Positions 16,950 through 24,000 of a stretch of DNA of 24,000 nt are shown one piece after another. Location: the sequence record MW272540.1; one strand, written 5' to 3'. The notes beneath the pieces were generated by a model. That model was not told where the DNA came from, searched no databases, and was given only the letters and a program-made list of their open reading frames with translations. The DNA is from Aeromonas phage ZPAH1. Within the stretch, counting starts at the first letter, position 1. Each line of letters begins with the position of its first letter. The translations under genes were made by a program, and so were the position numbers.

Positions 16950-17256
16950 TTTCCTTCAACTTCTTGGCTAGGAATCCGGCTAGACGCTTACGAGATTCGC
17001 CATACATACCGGTATATTTGCTTCGATTGGAATGATAAGCACCCCTAGCACAACCATCTTCATCATCAACGGGATAATCTTCAAACCCACTAAATTCATC
17101 CCATTGATGAAAATAAAAATAGAAAATTTCTTTTACTTTATGATATTCGATACCACACATGAAATACCAGTTTTGGTTACAAAGACCAATATCTTTAGCC
17201 CAAACTGATGGGAATTCCCCTTGGCTTACCATTTCAAGAACTTCATAAACTTTCAT
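16936..17256 (-). CDS. Hypothetical protein, tandem paralogue
   Basis: MKVYEVLEMVSQGEFPSVWAKDIGLCNQNWYF and GMYGESRKRLAGFLAKKLKENE. Confidence 0.75.
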   Translation of the reverse strand: MKVYEVLEMVSQGEFPSVWAKDIGLCNQNWYFMCGIEYHKVKEIFYFYFHQWDEFSGFEDYPVDDEDGCARGAYHSNRSKYTGMYGESRKRLAGFLAKKLKENENV

Positions 17257-18317
17257 TATTTTAACCTCTTATGTCCATATTTTCGCCATTTACTTAATGC
17301 ATCAACCGCTCGTATTCCACTATATGTGTTTTCTCTAATAAATTCCATTATTTCGTCAACGGTTGCACCTTCGTCTTTGATCATATCATTGATATCCTTT
17401 GAAGTCCAAGGACAATCAATCCATATGACGATTTTTTCGGATGCGTTTATCAGTTTTTCCATTCTCTTTATTGTATCATAAGATCTAGGTTCGTTGTCAA
17501 GTACCCATACCCGATTATTTTCAAATGGAGAGTCTTCTAATGCCATAGAACCACCCACAATAGCACAAGCGTTTGGGATAAACACACTATCAATAGGACC
17601 TTCTAACATATACACGGTTTTTGATTCGTCAACCCGTTCCATTCCATAAACCTTTGACGCATCATCATCTGCCTTGATGGTCAGATATCGTTGACTTTTT
17701 TCAACGTTGGTCAATGCCCGTCCTTGAATAGAAGAATATGTACCATCTTTATTATAAATAGGTATTACCAACCGATATTCTTTTTTGTCATCGTATTTAT
17801 AAGTTTCTGGTTTAATATTATTTGCTAACTTCTTCCATTCATCAGTAAAAAAGAAAAGTTTGTGTTTGTCTTTCGGGATCTTGCGACGATTTACCCAACC
17901 AATAACCGGGTGTGTTTCTGGCAGATCTGCAAGACAAATGGAATATGGTATTTCATTTTTCTTAATCTGTTCTTTCTTTACTTCTTTTTTCTTTTCTTGG
18001 TAAACAGGTTCCCAAGAATCCTCTTTGTTTGCATATTTTTCTTTAGCAAACTCTCTATACATTTCCGGTTCGTATTCGTATAGGTAATTTGTCAGTTTCA
18101 TGTTTCTGCCGCAGTTATAGCAGCCAAATCGAACATGACCCTCTGATTCATAAAACCAACCACGAGTTTTGTGATATTGTGTTGCACTATCACCACATAT
18201 AGGACACCGGAAGTTATATTTAACTTCAACACCGCGAGAGTGGTCGGTTGTTAGTTCCATCCTATAAGAGAGCATGGTTGCAAACTGTCTCTCGATTATA
18301 ATTTGGTTAATCATCAT
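17256..18317 (-). CDS. 61: DNA primase (T4 gp61-like)
   Basis: N-terminal zinc finger CPICGDSATQ...FGCYNCGRNMKL; TOPRIM-like VYMLEGPIDSVFIPNACAIVGG, VWVLDNEPRS; located near the gp41 helicase gene. Confidence 0.9.
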   Translation of the reverse strand: MMINQIIIERQFATMLSYRMELTTDHSRGVEVKYNFRCPICGDSATQYHKTRGWFYESEGHVRFGCYNCGRNMKLTNYLYEYEPEMYREFAKEKYANKEDSWEPVYQEKKKEVKKEQIKKNEIPYSICLADLPETHPVIGWVNRRKIPKDKHKLFFFTDEWKKLANNIKPETYKYDDKKEYRLVIPIYNKDGTYSSIQGRALTNVEKSQRYLTIKADDDASKVYGMERVDESKTVYMLEGPIDSVFIPNACAIVGGSMALEDSPFENNRVWVLDNEPRSYDTIKRMEKLINASEKIVIWIDCPWTSKDINDMIKDEGATVDEIMEFIRENTYSGIRAVDALSKWRKYGHKRLK

Positions 18318-18338
18318 GTTGTGTATACCTCTGGAAAG

Positions 18339-18347
18339 ATTATATCA
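18339..18347 (-). promoter_or_regulatory. Candidate extended -10 promoter (TGATATAAT) for primase
   Basis: TGNTATAAT in the intergenic gap, about 20 nt before the ATG. Confidence 0.5.
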
Positions 18348-18352
18348 CACCT

Positions 18353-18388
18353 ATTTGGAAAAAGTAAAGCCCCTTTCGGGGCTTTTTT
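18353..18388 (-). terminator. Hairpin terminator, possibly bidirectional
   Basis: AAAGCCCC-GAAA-GGGGCTTT on the minus strand with TTTACTTTTT; on the plus strand it is followed by TTTTTT. Confidence 0.75.
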
Positions 18389-18836
18389 AAGACTTCAAAG
18401 TCTTTTCTATTTTACGTCTTTTCTTAACACCTAACGAAGCAGGACCTTTATCTACAATATCACCAGACTTGACACCAGAAGCAATATTAGTTGGATCGCC
18501 ATCTGCATCCCCAGCTACCATTGCTTCATATAAAGCCTCTATAGACTGCTCTGGCTGTCCGTAGCGTTCGGTAAGGGCATTGTATCCCGCCTTAGCCGCA
18601 AACAGATTAGCGGCTGTCTGACCACCGTATTTTTGCAATCCCTGTTTTAGTGTCCGGATTGTAGAATGAAAAGATGTATAAGCAGACTTTTCCCTAACTG
18701 TATCGGGTCGTTTGATGAGGTTACCTTGATCGTCAATTAGCCCCAATTTACAAGCTTCCCAATTCCTGAAGGGTTTTCTTATTAAGTCTATCATACGTGC
18801 AGCGTATACCGCATCCATAACCCTTTTGATTGACAT
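18387..18836 (-). CDS. Conserved-looking T4-like phage hypothetical protein
   Basis: 149-aa ORF; IRKPFRNWEACKLGLIDDQGNLIKR pattern recalls small proteins seen in other T4-like phages (from memory). Confidence 0.75.
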   Translation of the reverse strand: MSIKRVMDAVYAARMIDLIRKPFRNWEACKLGLIDDQGNLIKRPDTVREKSAYTSFHSTIRTLKQGLQKYGGQTAANLFAAKAGYNALTERYGQPEQSIEALYEAMVAGDADGDPTNIASGVKSGDIVDKGPASLGVKKRRKIEKTLKS

Positions 18837-18854
18837 ATATTTTTCCTTTTAAAA

Positions 18855-18869
18855 AGGGGATTACCCCCT
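18855..18869 (-). terminator. Short, weak terminator-like hairpin after gp41
   Basis: AGGGG-GTAAT-CCCCT then TTTT on the minus strand. Confidence 0.4.
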
Positions 18870-18875
18870 ATTTAT

Positions 18876-20444
18876 TTAGTCATCCCAAGGTGCAGAATCT
18901 TCATCGATCATCCCGGCGATATCTTCGTTAAAATCGATTTGGACCTTACTTAGATTGCGTTTGAACAGAACCGGTCCCAGTGGTTTGGTATCGATAATGT
19001 CGGCGATTTCTGGCTCTATTTCAACAGCCACCGAAGTCACATCATCACCCTTACGAACAACGATAGAGTCGGCGCTAATATCCGAGCGTTCTTCTAGATC
19101 TTTTCTCTCGTAAACAACCGTATATGGTGCAGTATCATCAAGATCTGACCAACGCATTTTACCCTTTTCAACCACCATACAGAATTTGTTATGGGTGTTG
19201 ATATCACCATATCGGGACTTCAATTGTTTGAACAATTGCTGACCAAGGGAGATAAGGTCTTCGTCTTCGGAAATCGCCAATACGAAATCGCAACCATGAA
19301 GGAGAGCATACGAATCTGCAATGTCGGCTTTGTCAATTTCAAGACTACCAGATGACCCACGGTTTGTTTGAGCACCGGACCACGCAACGATTTTCTTTTC
19401 AATTGCCAAACCACGGACTTCCTCGGAAATCGCTTTGATGAAGGAATATGAATTGTCAGAAAACTTCATCCGAGACGAAGCCATGATACCAAGATAGTCT
19501 ACCATGATAACATCAGGTTTAAAACCCTTTTTCATCTCCAATTCATCCATCAGGTTTCTGATGTGATTTACGTTGGCTCCCGAAGTAGGAAATTGTTTAA
19601 CAAACAATTTACCAAGTTTTTTGCCAAGAACCTTTTTATTAAAACGGTTCATGAACTCGGATTTTTGAACCAGACCACTATCCAGATCATCGAGAGAAAT
19701 ATCCATCAGGTTAGCGTCAATACGTTTACCTACGGTTTCTTCGCTCATCTCAAACGATACATATAGGACGTTAAGTCCGAGCTGCAAATATTCAGTTGCA
19801 AGGTGACACAAACCGATAGACTTACCAACACCAGTACCGGCAAGAATAACGTTCAACGTACCCAGTTCGACCCCACCTTTCGTAATCCGGTTTAACATAT
19901 GATTTAGGAAAGGGATCTTGTTTGTTTTCTTATTATAGGACTCCCAGCGATCTTCTGCTTGTGCCATATAATCATGACCAATGTCAAAAGTAAATCCAAC
20001 TGACAAGGCAGTTTTCATAATTTCTGGAATAGCGCCGATATCCTTTATTTTCTTGTCTTGCTCGTCAAGGGGCTTAGAAAAGTTTTCTCTAATTTGAATA
20101 CATTCGGAAATAGCGATATCCATAGCTCTTTCCTGACAGAACTTTTCTGTTTCCTCAACCAACCATTTAGGATCTTCCGGAATTTGTTCAATTCTGGAAA
20201 TCAATACCTTACTTTGGTCATATTCTACCTGACTAATATTTTGTTTCTTTTCAATCATTACACCCAGCGCATTAACGGAAGGTGCTTTATTATGCTTTTT
20301 TGCATATTCATGGATCATCTCGAATGCAATTCGATATGGACCCCTAGCAAAGTATTCAGGTTTCAAAAATGGATATACTTTACCAAAAAATTCGCTGTTA
20401 TAGACCAGATTATTAATAATGATCTGGGACATACTGACACTCAT
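18876..20444 (-). CDS. 41: Replicative DNA helicase (T4 gp41/DnaB-like); start trimmed from 20471
   Basis: Walker A ILAGTGVGKSIGL; YVSFEMSEETVGKRIDANLM; VIMVDYLGIMASSRM; AAGAGGA site before the ATG at 20444. Confidence 0.92.
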   Translation of the reverse strand: MSVSMSQIIINNLVYNSEFFGKVYPFLKPEYFARGPYRIAFEMIHEYAKKHNKAPSVNALGVMIEKKQNISQVEYDQSKVLISRIEQIPEDPKWLVEETEKFCQERAMDIAISECIQIRENFSKPLDEQDKKIKDIGAIPEIMKTALSVGFTFDIGHDYMAQAEDRWESYNKKTNKIPFLNHMLNRITKGGVELGTLNVILAGTGVGKSIGLCHLATEYLQLGLNVLYVSFEMSEETVGKRIDANLMDISLDDLDSGLVQKSEFMNRFNKKVLGKKLGKLFVKQFPTSGANVNHIRNLMDELEMKKGFKPDVIMVDYLGIMASSRMKFSDNSYSFIKAISEEVRGLAIEKKIVAWSGAQTNRGSSGSLEIDKADIADSYALLHGCDFVLAISEDEDLISLGQQLFKQLKSRYGDINTHNKFCMVVEKGKMRWSDLDDTAPYTVVYERKDLEERSDISADSIVVRKGDDVTSVAVEIEPEIADIIDTKPLGPVLFKRNLSKVQIDFNEDIAGMIDEDSAPWDD

Positions 20445-20464
20445 AAAAATCCTCTTATCTAACG

Positions 20465-20504
20465 AAAACACCCACGTTTCAAATTTTGGTTCGGAACGTG
20501 GGTG
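20465..20504 (-). terminator. Strong hairpin terminator upstream of gp41
   Basis: Minus strand CACCCACGTT ... AACGTGGGTG (10-bp perfect stem) followed by TTTTCG. Confidence 0.75.
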
Positions 20505-20519
20505 ATACTTACTTACATT

Positions 20520-21038
20520 TTAACGTATTTTTGCAGGAACATGAAGTATACCGGTGTCGTTCAACACAAAAGGCTTGTCGTCCTTGGTCAAGATGTTCAT
20601 CCAGAACTTCGCTTTATACTTTGGAGTTTTCTTAACACGAGTCATACGCCGCGTGATCTGACCGTCTGGCATAGCATAGTGAGACACCATTAACGCCTGT
20701 CTTTCACCAACGAAGTCATAGAAGCTTAGAACCATATGGTTCTCACAGCACAACCACGACTTTCCGTTTTCCATAGTGATTTCCCACACTTCCGGGTTAA
20801 ACGGCTCGGTAAATTCAGTGTCTACCATTCTGGTAATCTCTGCATATTCACCGGTTTTGGTTGATGGCAAAAGAACGGTATAACCATAGATAATTTGCAT
20901 TACCTGATACATTGTCCAAGTAGTTGGGCGCATATCACCCCACATTTCAGGACAATAGAACGTTACTAGGGTATCTTCTGGAAACCCGTTAATATCATAA
21001 CAGTCATTACGATCACATTCTCTGGTTACTTCAGTCAT
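20520..21038 (-). CDS. Hypothetical protein; start trimmed from 21110
   Basis: AAAGGAAATAAAATG ribosome site before MTEVTRECDRNDCYD. Confidence 0.7.
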   Translation of the reverse strand: MTEVTRECDRNDCYDINGFPEDTLVTFYCPEMWGDMRPTTWTMYQVMQIIYGYTVLLPSTKTGEYAEITRMVDTEFTEPFNPEVWEITMENGKSWLCCENHMVLSFYDFVGERQALMVSHYAMPDGQITRRMTRVKKTPKYKAKFWMNILTKDDKPFVLNDTGILHVPAKIR

Positions 21039-21039
21039 T

Positions 21040-21324
21040 TTATTTCCTTTTGAAAATATCAAGGAATCGAATATACCAAGGTTTGGCTTCTTCGAAATTA
21101 AATTGAGCAATCAAGGCACGTTGAACATGTGGAAATAGAATTTCCTTCTCTTCCTCATGTGGTGTAGACCAATCAATATGCATTTTACCGTCATGAAATT
21201 GGACATCATGGACATAAGTTAGATAATGATCATCTCCAATACGAATAACCAACTCTTGGGTGACATTGCGCAATGCTTCCTTAATAATGTCTTTGTATTT
21301 ATTTTCGTTATACTCTTCTTCCAT
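21040..21324 (-). CDS. Hypothetical protein
   Basis: Colinear ORF. Confidence 0.7.
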   Translation of the reverse strand: MEEEYNENKYKDIIKEALRNVTQELVIRIGDDHYLTYVHDVQFHDGKMHIDWSTPHEEEKEILFPHVQRALIAQFNFEEAKPWYIRFLDIFKRK

Positions 21325-21338
21325 AACACATCTCAGAA

Positions 21339-21356
21339 GAGGTGGTTTCCCACCTC
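21339..21356 (-). other. Intercistronic perfect 7-bp hairpin with a GAAA tetraloop
   Basis: GAGGTGG-GAAA-CCACCTC on the minus strand. Confidence 0.5.
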
Positions 21357-21360
21357 ATAT

Positions 21361-21777
21361 TTAGGGGATGATATTAAATTTAGTTCTATTTGTGTATACA
21401 ACCGGTGCGACAATCTCATCAAAGTCGGTTTGGTGCTGAAACCCATCTTGAACTAGAAGATGACTATAACCCCGTCCCCTTAGATCCATTGGGTGTTTCA
21501 CCACAATAAAACGAGACATATTTTGCAATTTCATGGATTTTACACAGTCTTGAATAATTTTATTATCGAATACCTCATTTAATTTTTTAATTTGGTATTT
21601 GATCTCATCAAATATTCGACCTCGGTTAGGTTCCATTATAATTACAGTCTTAAACTCACCAAAATATGCGTCATAAACTGCTTTGGTTGTTGGGTCATCA
21701 AAAAATCCAAAATGAGTTAGATAGTATCCGTAGTCGTCACGAAGGTGTATGAACAGCTGTATTTCTTCTTCAGTCAT
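21361..21777 (-). CDS. Hypothetical protein; start trimmed from 21810
   Basis: Internal ATG (MTEEEIQLFIHLRDDYG) follows the intergenic hairpin. Confidence 0.65.
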   Translation of the reverse strand: MTEEEIQLFIHLRDDYGYYLTHFGFFDDPTTKAVYDAYFGEFKTVIIMEPNRGRIFDEIKYQIKKLNEVFDNKIIQDCVKSMKLQNMSRFIVVKHPMDLRGRGYSHLLVQDGFQHQTDFDEIVAPVVYTNRTKFNIIP

Positions 21778-21795
21778 TTTGTGTTCCAATAGGGG

Positions 21796-21812
21796 GTTCA
21801 AGCCCCCCATTT
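21796..21812 (-). other. GC-rich inverted repeat between uvsX and the next gene
   Basis: GGGGGG-CTTGAA-CCCCC on the minus strand; no U tract. Confidence 0.4.
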
Positions 21813-21820
21813 ATGGTTAA

Positions 21821-22930
21821 TTAGCCGAAAAGTTCTTCTACTTCGTCGAATACTTCTTGGGATACCTCAACCGATTTGAGTTTATACAATTCAGTACAAG
21901 CACGTTTAAATGGTTCGTGTGCAAACAGAGGTTTCCAGAACTCAAGAGAATTTGTTTCCACCTCAGTCCATTTCGGTTCATCTTCAGAGATGATACTAAG
22001 TTCCCCGGTTTCTTCGTCCAATAGGTATCTCTGGAAGCGGGCATTTTGTGGTTTATCAACAAACCCAAGGTCCAGCGCCAGTTCCAACATACCAGAGTAT
22101 GTATTAATACCACCTTCGAACGTAACTTGCAAGGGGAGCTTCGATTTTTCCTTGATATAACGACTCTTCTCGGCGTTCATGATGAAATTATAACCAAGAA
22201 GCTCTTTACCATCTTTCTCTTGTTGTTTACCAAGAATAATAACGGTATCAGCTGAATACATCGGACCAGTACCACCAGACATAACAGTTTTACTGAACAT
22301 CTCTTGTGTTTCATAGGTGTGGTTTACGGCAATACATGGAATATCGAGCACAGTCAGATATGGAGTAACCATACGGAAAAGACTCTTGATCTGTTTTGCT
22401 CGGGTCATATCTTGTGCAGATTTTTCTGATTTTGCATCTTCTAGTTCTTTCTTGGATGCGACGTTACCAATGGAATCAATAAAGATAATTACTTTATCGC
22501 CACGATTGATAGCTTCCAGCTTTTTAACAATGTCGAACTTAAGTTCTTCCACGTCAACAAACGGACAATGGACAACTCGGTTAATATCAACCCCCTGAGA
22601 GGTAAAATAGTCCGGGGTAGAACCAAACTCGTTATCGAAGAACAGACAAACCGCGTCTTTATACTTACGAAGATATGCAGATACCAACACCAAACTGAGA
22701 TTTGATTTAAAGTGTTTCGATGGACCAGCAATACAGGTTAAACCGGGTTTTAGACCGCCGTCAAGATAACCAGACAACATCAGGTTAATAATGGGAACCC
22801 GAGTTCGAATCACATCTTTATCATTAAAGAATGTACTCTCTTTTAACATAGAACTCATTTTGTTAGATGAAGTTCCTACAAGACGTTCCAGAAGTGCACC
22901 AGTATTAGCAGTTTTTGCTTTTTTTGCCAT
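21821..22930 (-). CDS. uvsX: UvsX recombinase (RecA family)
   Basis: Walker A CIAGPSKHFKSNLS; VCLFFDNEFGSTPDYF; KVIIFIDSIGNVASKKE; IPCIAVNHTYET. Confidence 0.93.
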   Translation of the reverse strand: MAKKAKTANTGALLERLVGTSSNKMSSMLKESTFFNDKDVIRTRVPIINLMLSGYLDGGLKPGLTCIAGPSKHFKSNLSLVLVSAYLRKYKDAVCLFFDNEFGSTPDYFTSQGVDINRVVHCPFVDVEELKFDIVKKLEAINRGDKVIIFIDSIGNVASKKELEDAKSEKSAQDMTRAKQIKSLFRMVTPYLTVLDIPCIAVNHTYETQEMFSKTVMSGGTGPMYSADTVIILGKQQEKDGKELLGYNFIMNAEKSRYIKEKSKLPLQVTFEGGINTYSGMLELALDLGFVDKPQNARFQRYLLDEETGELSIISEDEPKWTEVETNSLEFWKPLFAHEPFKRACTELYKLKSVEVSQEVFDEVEELFG

Positions 22931-22956
22931 TTTATTTTTCCTTTAAGTTATCTTAT

Positions 22957-22987
22957 GTGGGTATTATATCATTTTTACAATACCCAC
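22957..22987 (-). promoter_or_regulatory. Inverted repeat enclosing a candidate extended -10 (TGATATAAT) upstream of uvsX
   Basis: GTGGGTATT ... AATACCCAC perfect 9-bp arms; -10 hexamer at 22963-22968. Confidence 0.5.
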
Positions 22988-22998
22988 TTAATTTTGAA

Positions 22999-24000
22999 TT
23001 AGAAGTCGAACAAGTCTTCAAGAGAAGTAGTTTTTTCTTGAGTCCAACAAACAGCGTCACAAATAGCCTGTAACGGTTTTTGGAAGTGCTTGCAATACAT
23101 CCCTACGAAATCAATATCCTTTTCTGGAATTATCCCAAAATCTTCAGGAATTTTATCACCAGAAGGCCACGCGATTGTTTCGATGTGGAATTTATTAGGA
23201 ACCTTCAACATCGCATACTGGATTTTTTCACCAGAACGGATCGGGTCCACATAACTTCCTTTTTCTGTCAGGTCATGGCAAATCTTGTTGTAGTTGATCG
23301 CAGCTCTAACGTGACCGGGACAACCACTAACAGGAGTAAAGTTTTCATGATTCTTTTCGATGTTATTGGCACTACTTACTTGTGCAATACGTCTATAATC
23401 CTGCTTACTGTACTCGTCACGGACTTTCTCAACATGGTTGTGTAGGTCGGTCTCGGTCTGTGTCAGGATGATGTCTATGGCGGTTTCAAGCTGTTCTGAC
23501 GCGAATGGTGGTGTGCTACTACGTCTAGTTTCGATACCCATGATCTTGAGCTTAGGAACCACATTACCATGTTCGTCAATTTTTCTCTTACCTTCGTTAT
23601 CCCAAACAGAAAGAGCATATCGCTTTTTCTTAGTCCAGAATCCACGAGTTGCGATTACTTCTCGGTCCATAAACAGTTTATGATCGAAATAGTTCATATA
23701 GTCTTTCAATTCTCTATATGACGCATCAATATAAGGTTCTACTTTTTCTTTTGCGAAACGATCTAGCAAATCAACCCATTCAATAACTGGAACATCACCG
23801 ATTTCAACCCCACGCTTTTTAGCTAGAAGTTTTACAATCCCATCGGCTCGAACATATTGTGAGTCAGTATCACAATATACAACATAATCGATTCCACTTG
23901 TCCCACACAACTTATTGAAATACTCATTGGTCTTTCTGGAAATCCATTTAATTGCAAGTTGTCCACCCATGGTAATAGATTCCGCCATTCTGAGGTCATA
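22999..24000 (-). CDS. 43: DNA polymerase, C-terminal part (T4 gp43-like), truncated by the right window edge
   Basis: YDLRMAESITMGGQLAIKWISRKTNEYFN, YCDTDSQYV, TKKKRYALSVWD, LKIMGIETRRSSTP, C-terminal TSLEDLFDF; the frame stays open to 24000. Confidence 0.93.
   Translation of the reverse strand, partial: YDLRMAESITMGGQLAIKWISRKTNEYFNKLCGTSGIDYVVYCDTDSQYVRADGIVKLLAKKRGVEIGDVPVIEWVDLLDRFAKEKVEPYIDASYRELKDYMNYFDHKLFMDREVIATRGFWTKKKRYALSVWDNEGKRKIDEHGNVVPKLKIMGIETRRSSTPPFASEQLETAIDIILTQTETDLHNHVEKVRDEYSKQDYRRIAQVSSANNIEKNHENFTPVSGCPGHVRAAINYNKICHDLTEKGSYVDPIRSGEKIQYAMLKVPNKFHIETIAWPSGDKIPEDFGIIPEKDIDFVGMYCKHFQKPLQAICDAVCWTQEKTTSLEDLFDF

Noticed and set aside
17754-17761. TATAAATA on the plus strand, and its minus-strand counterpart at about 17794-17802
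   Set aside because: Inside the primase coding sequence, with no late gene positioned to use either.
1059-23683. All plus-strand ORFs in the supplied track (e.g. 7552-8037, 15408 region shadows, 16031-16579, 20058-20462)
   Set aside because: They lie antisense to well-supported minus-strand genes, show no recognisable domains, and are best explained as shadow ORFs in a unidirectional gene array.
1-24000. CRISPR array, retron, transposon or homing endonuclease
   Set aside because: No direct-repeat array, reverse transcriptase, transposase or GIY-YIG/HNH motif was recognised on either strand by reading.

Overview
This window is a densely packed segment of a T4-like (Tevenvirinae-like) myophage genome. 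Every supportable gene is on the minus strand. Reading from the right edge, in transcription order, it holds: the C-terminal part of DNA polymerase (gp43), uvsX, three unknown genes, replicative helicase gp41, a small unknown gene, primase gp61, two tandem paralogous small genes, dUTPase, DexA exonuclease, small unknown genes, an intact (39+60 type) topoisomerase II large subunit, rIIA, rIIB, and a DEDDy-type nuclease with an HTH. To the left is a block of mostly unrecognised small genes (about 986-7120) containing a SprT-like metalloprotease, a GNAT-like acetyltransferase and two tiny Cys-rich ORFs absent from the ORF track. The left end has a signal-peptide SLT lysozyme-like gene behind a T4-type late promoter, then a truncated gene. 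The strongest oddity is the rIIB homologue: it carries an N-terminal acyl-carrier-protein-like domain in which the phosphopantetheine-accepting Ser of the DSL motif is Glu (GLDELDVIELVM). Other signals are a TGNTATAAT motif in exactly the intergenic gaps upstream of primase, uvsX and the DEDDy nuclease genes, a near-consensus sigma70 promoter that overlaps a hairpin and almost abuts a start codon, and several terminator-like or regulatory hairpins. All family calls come from motif and sequence recognition; no database search was run.
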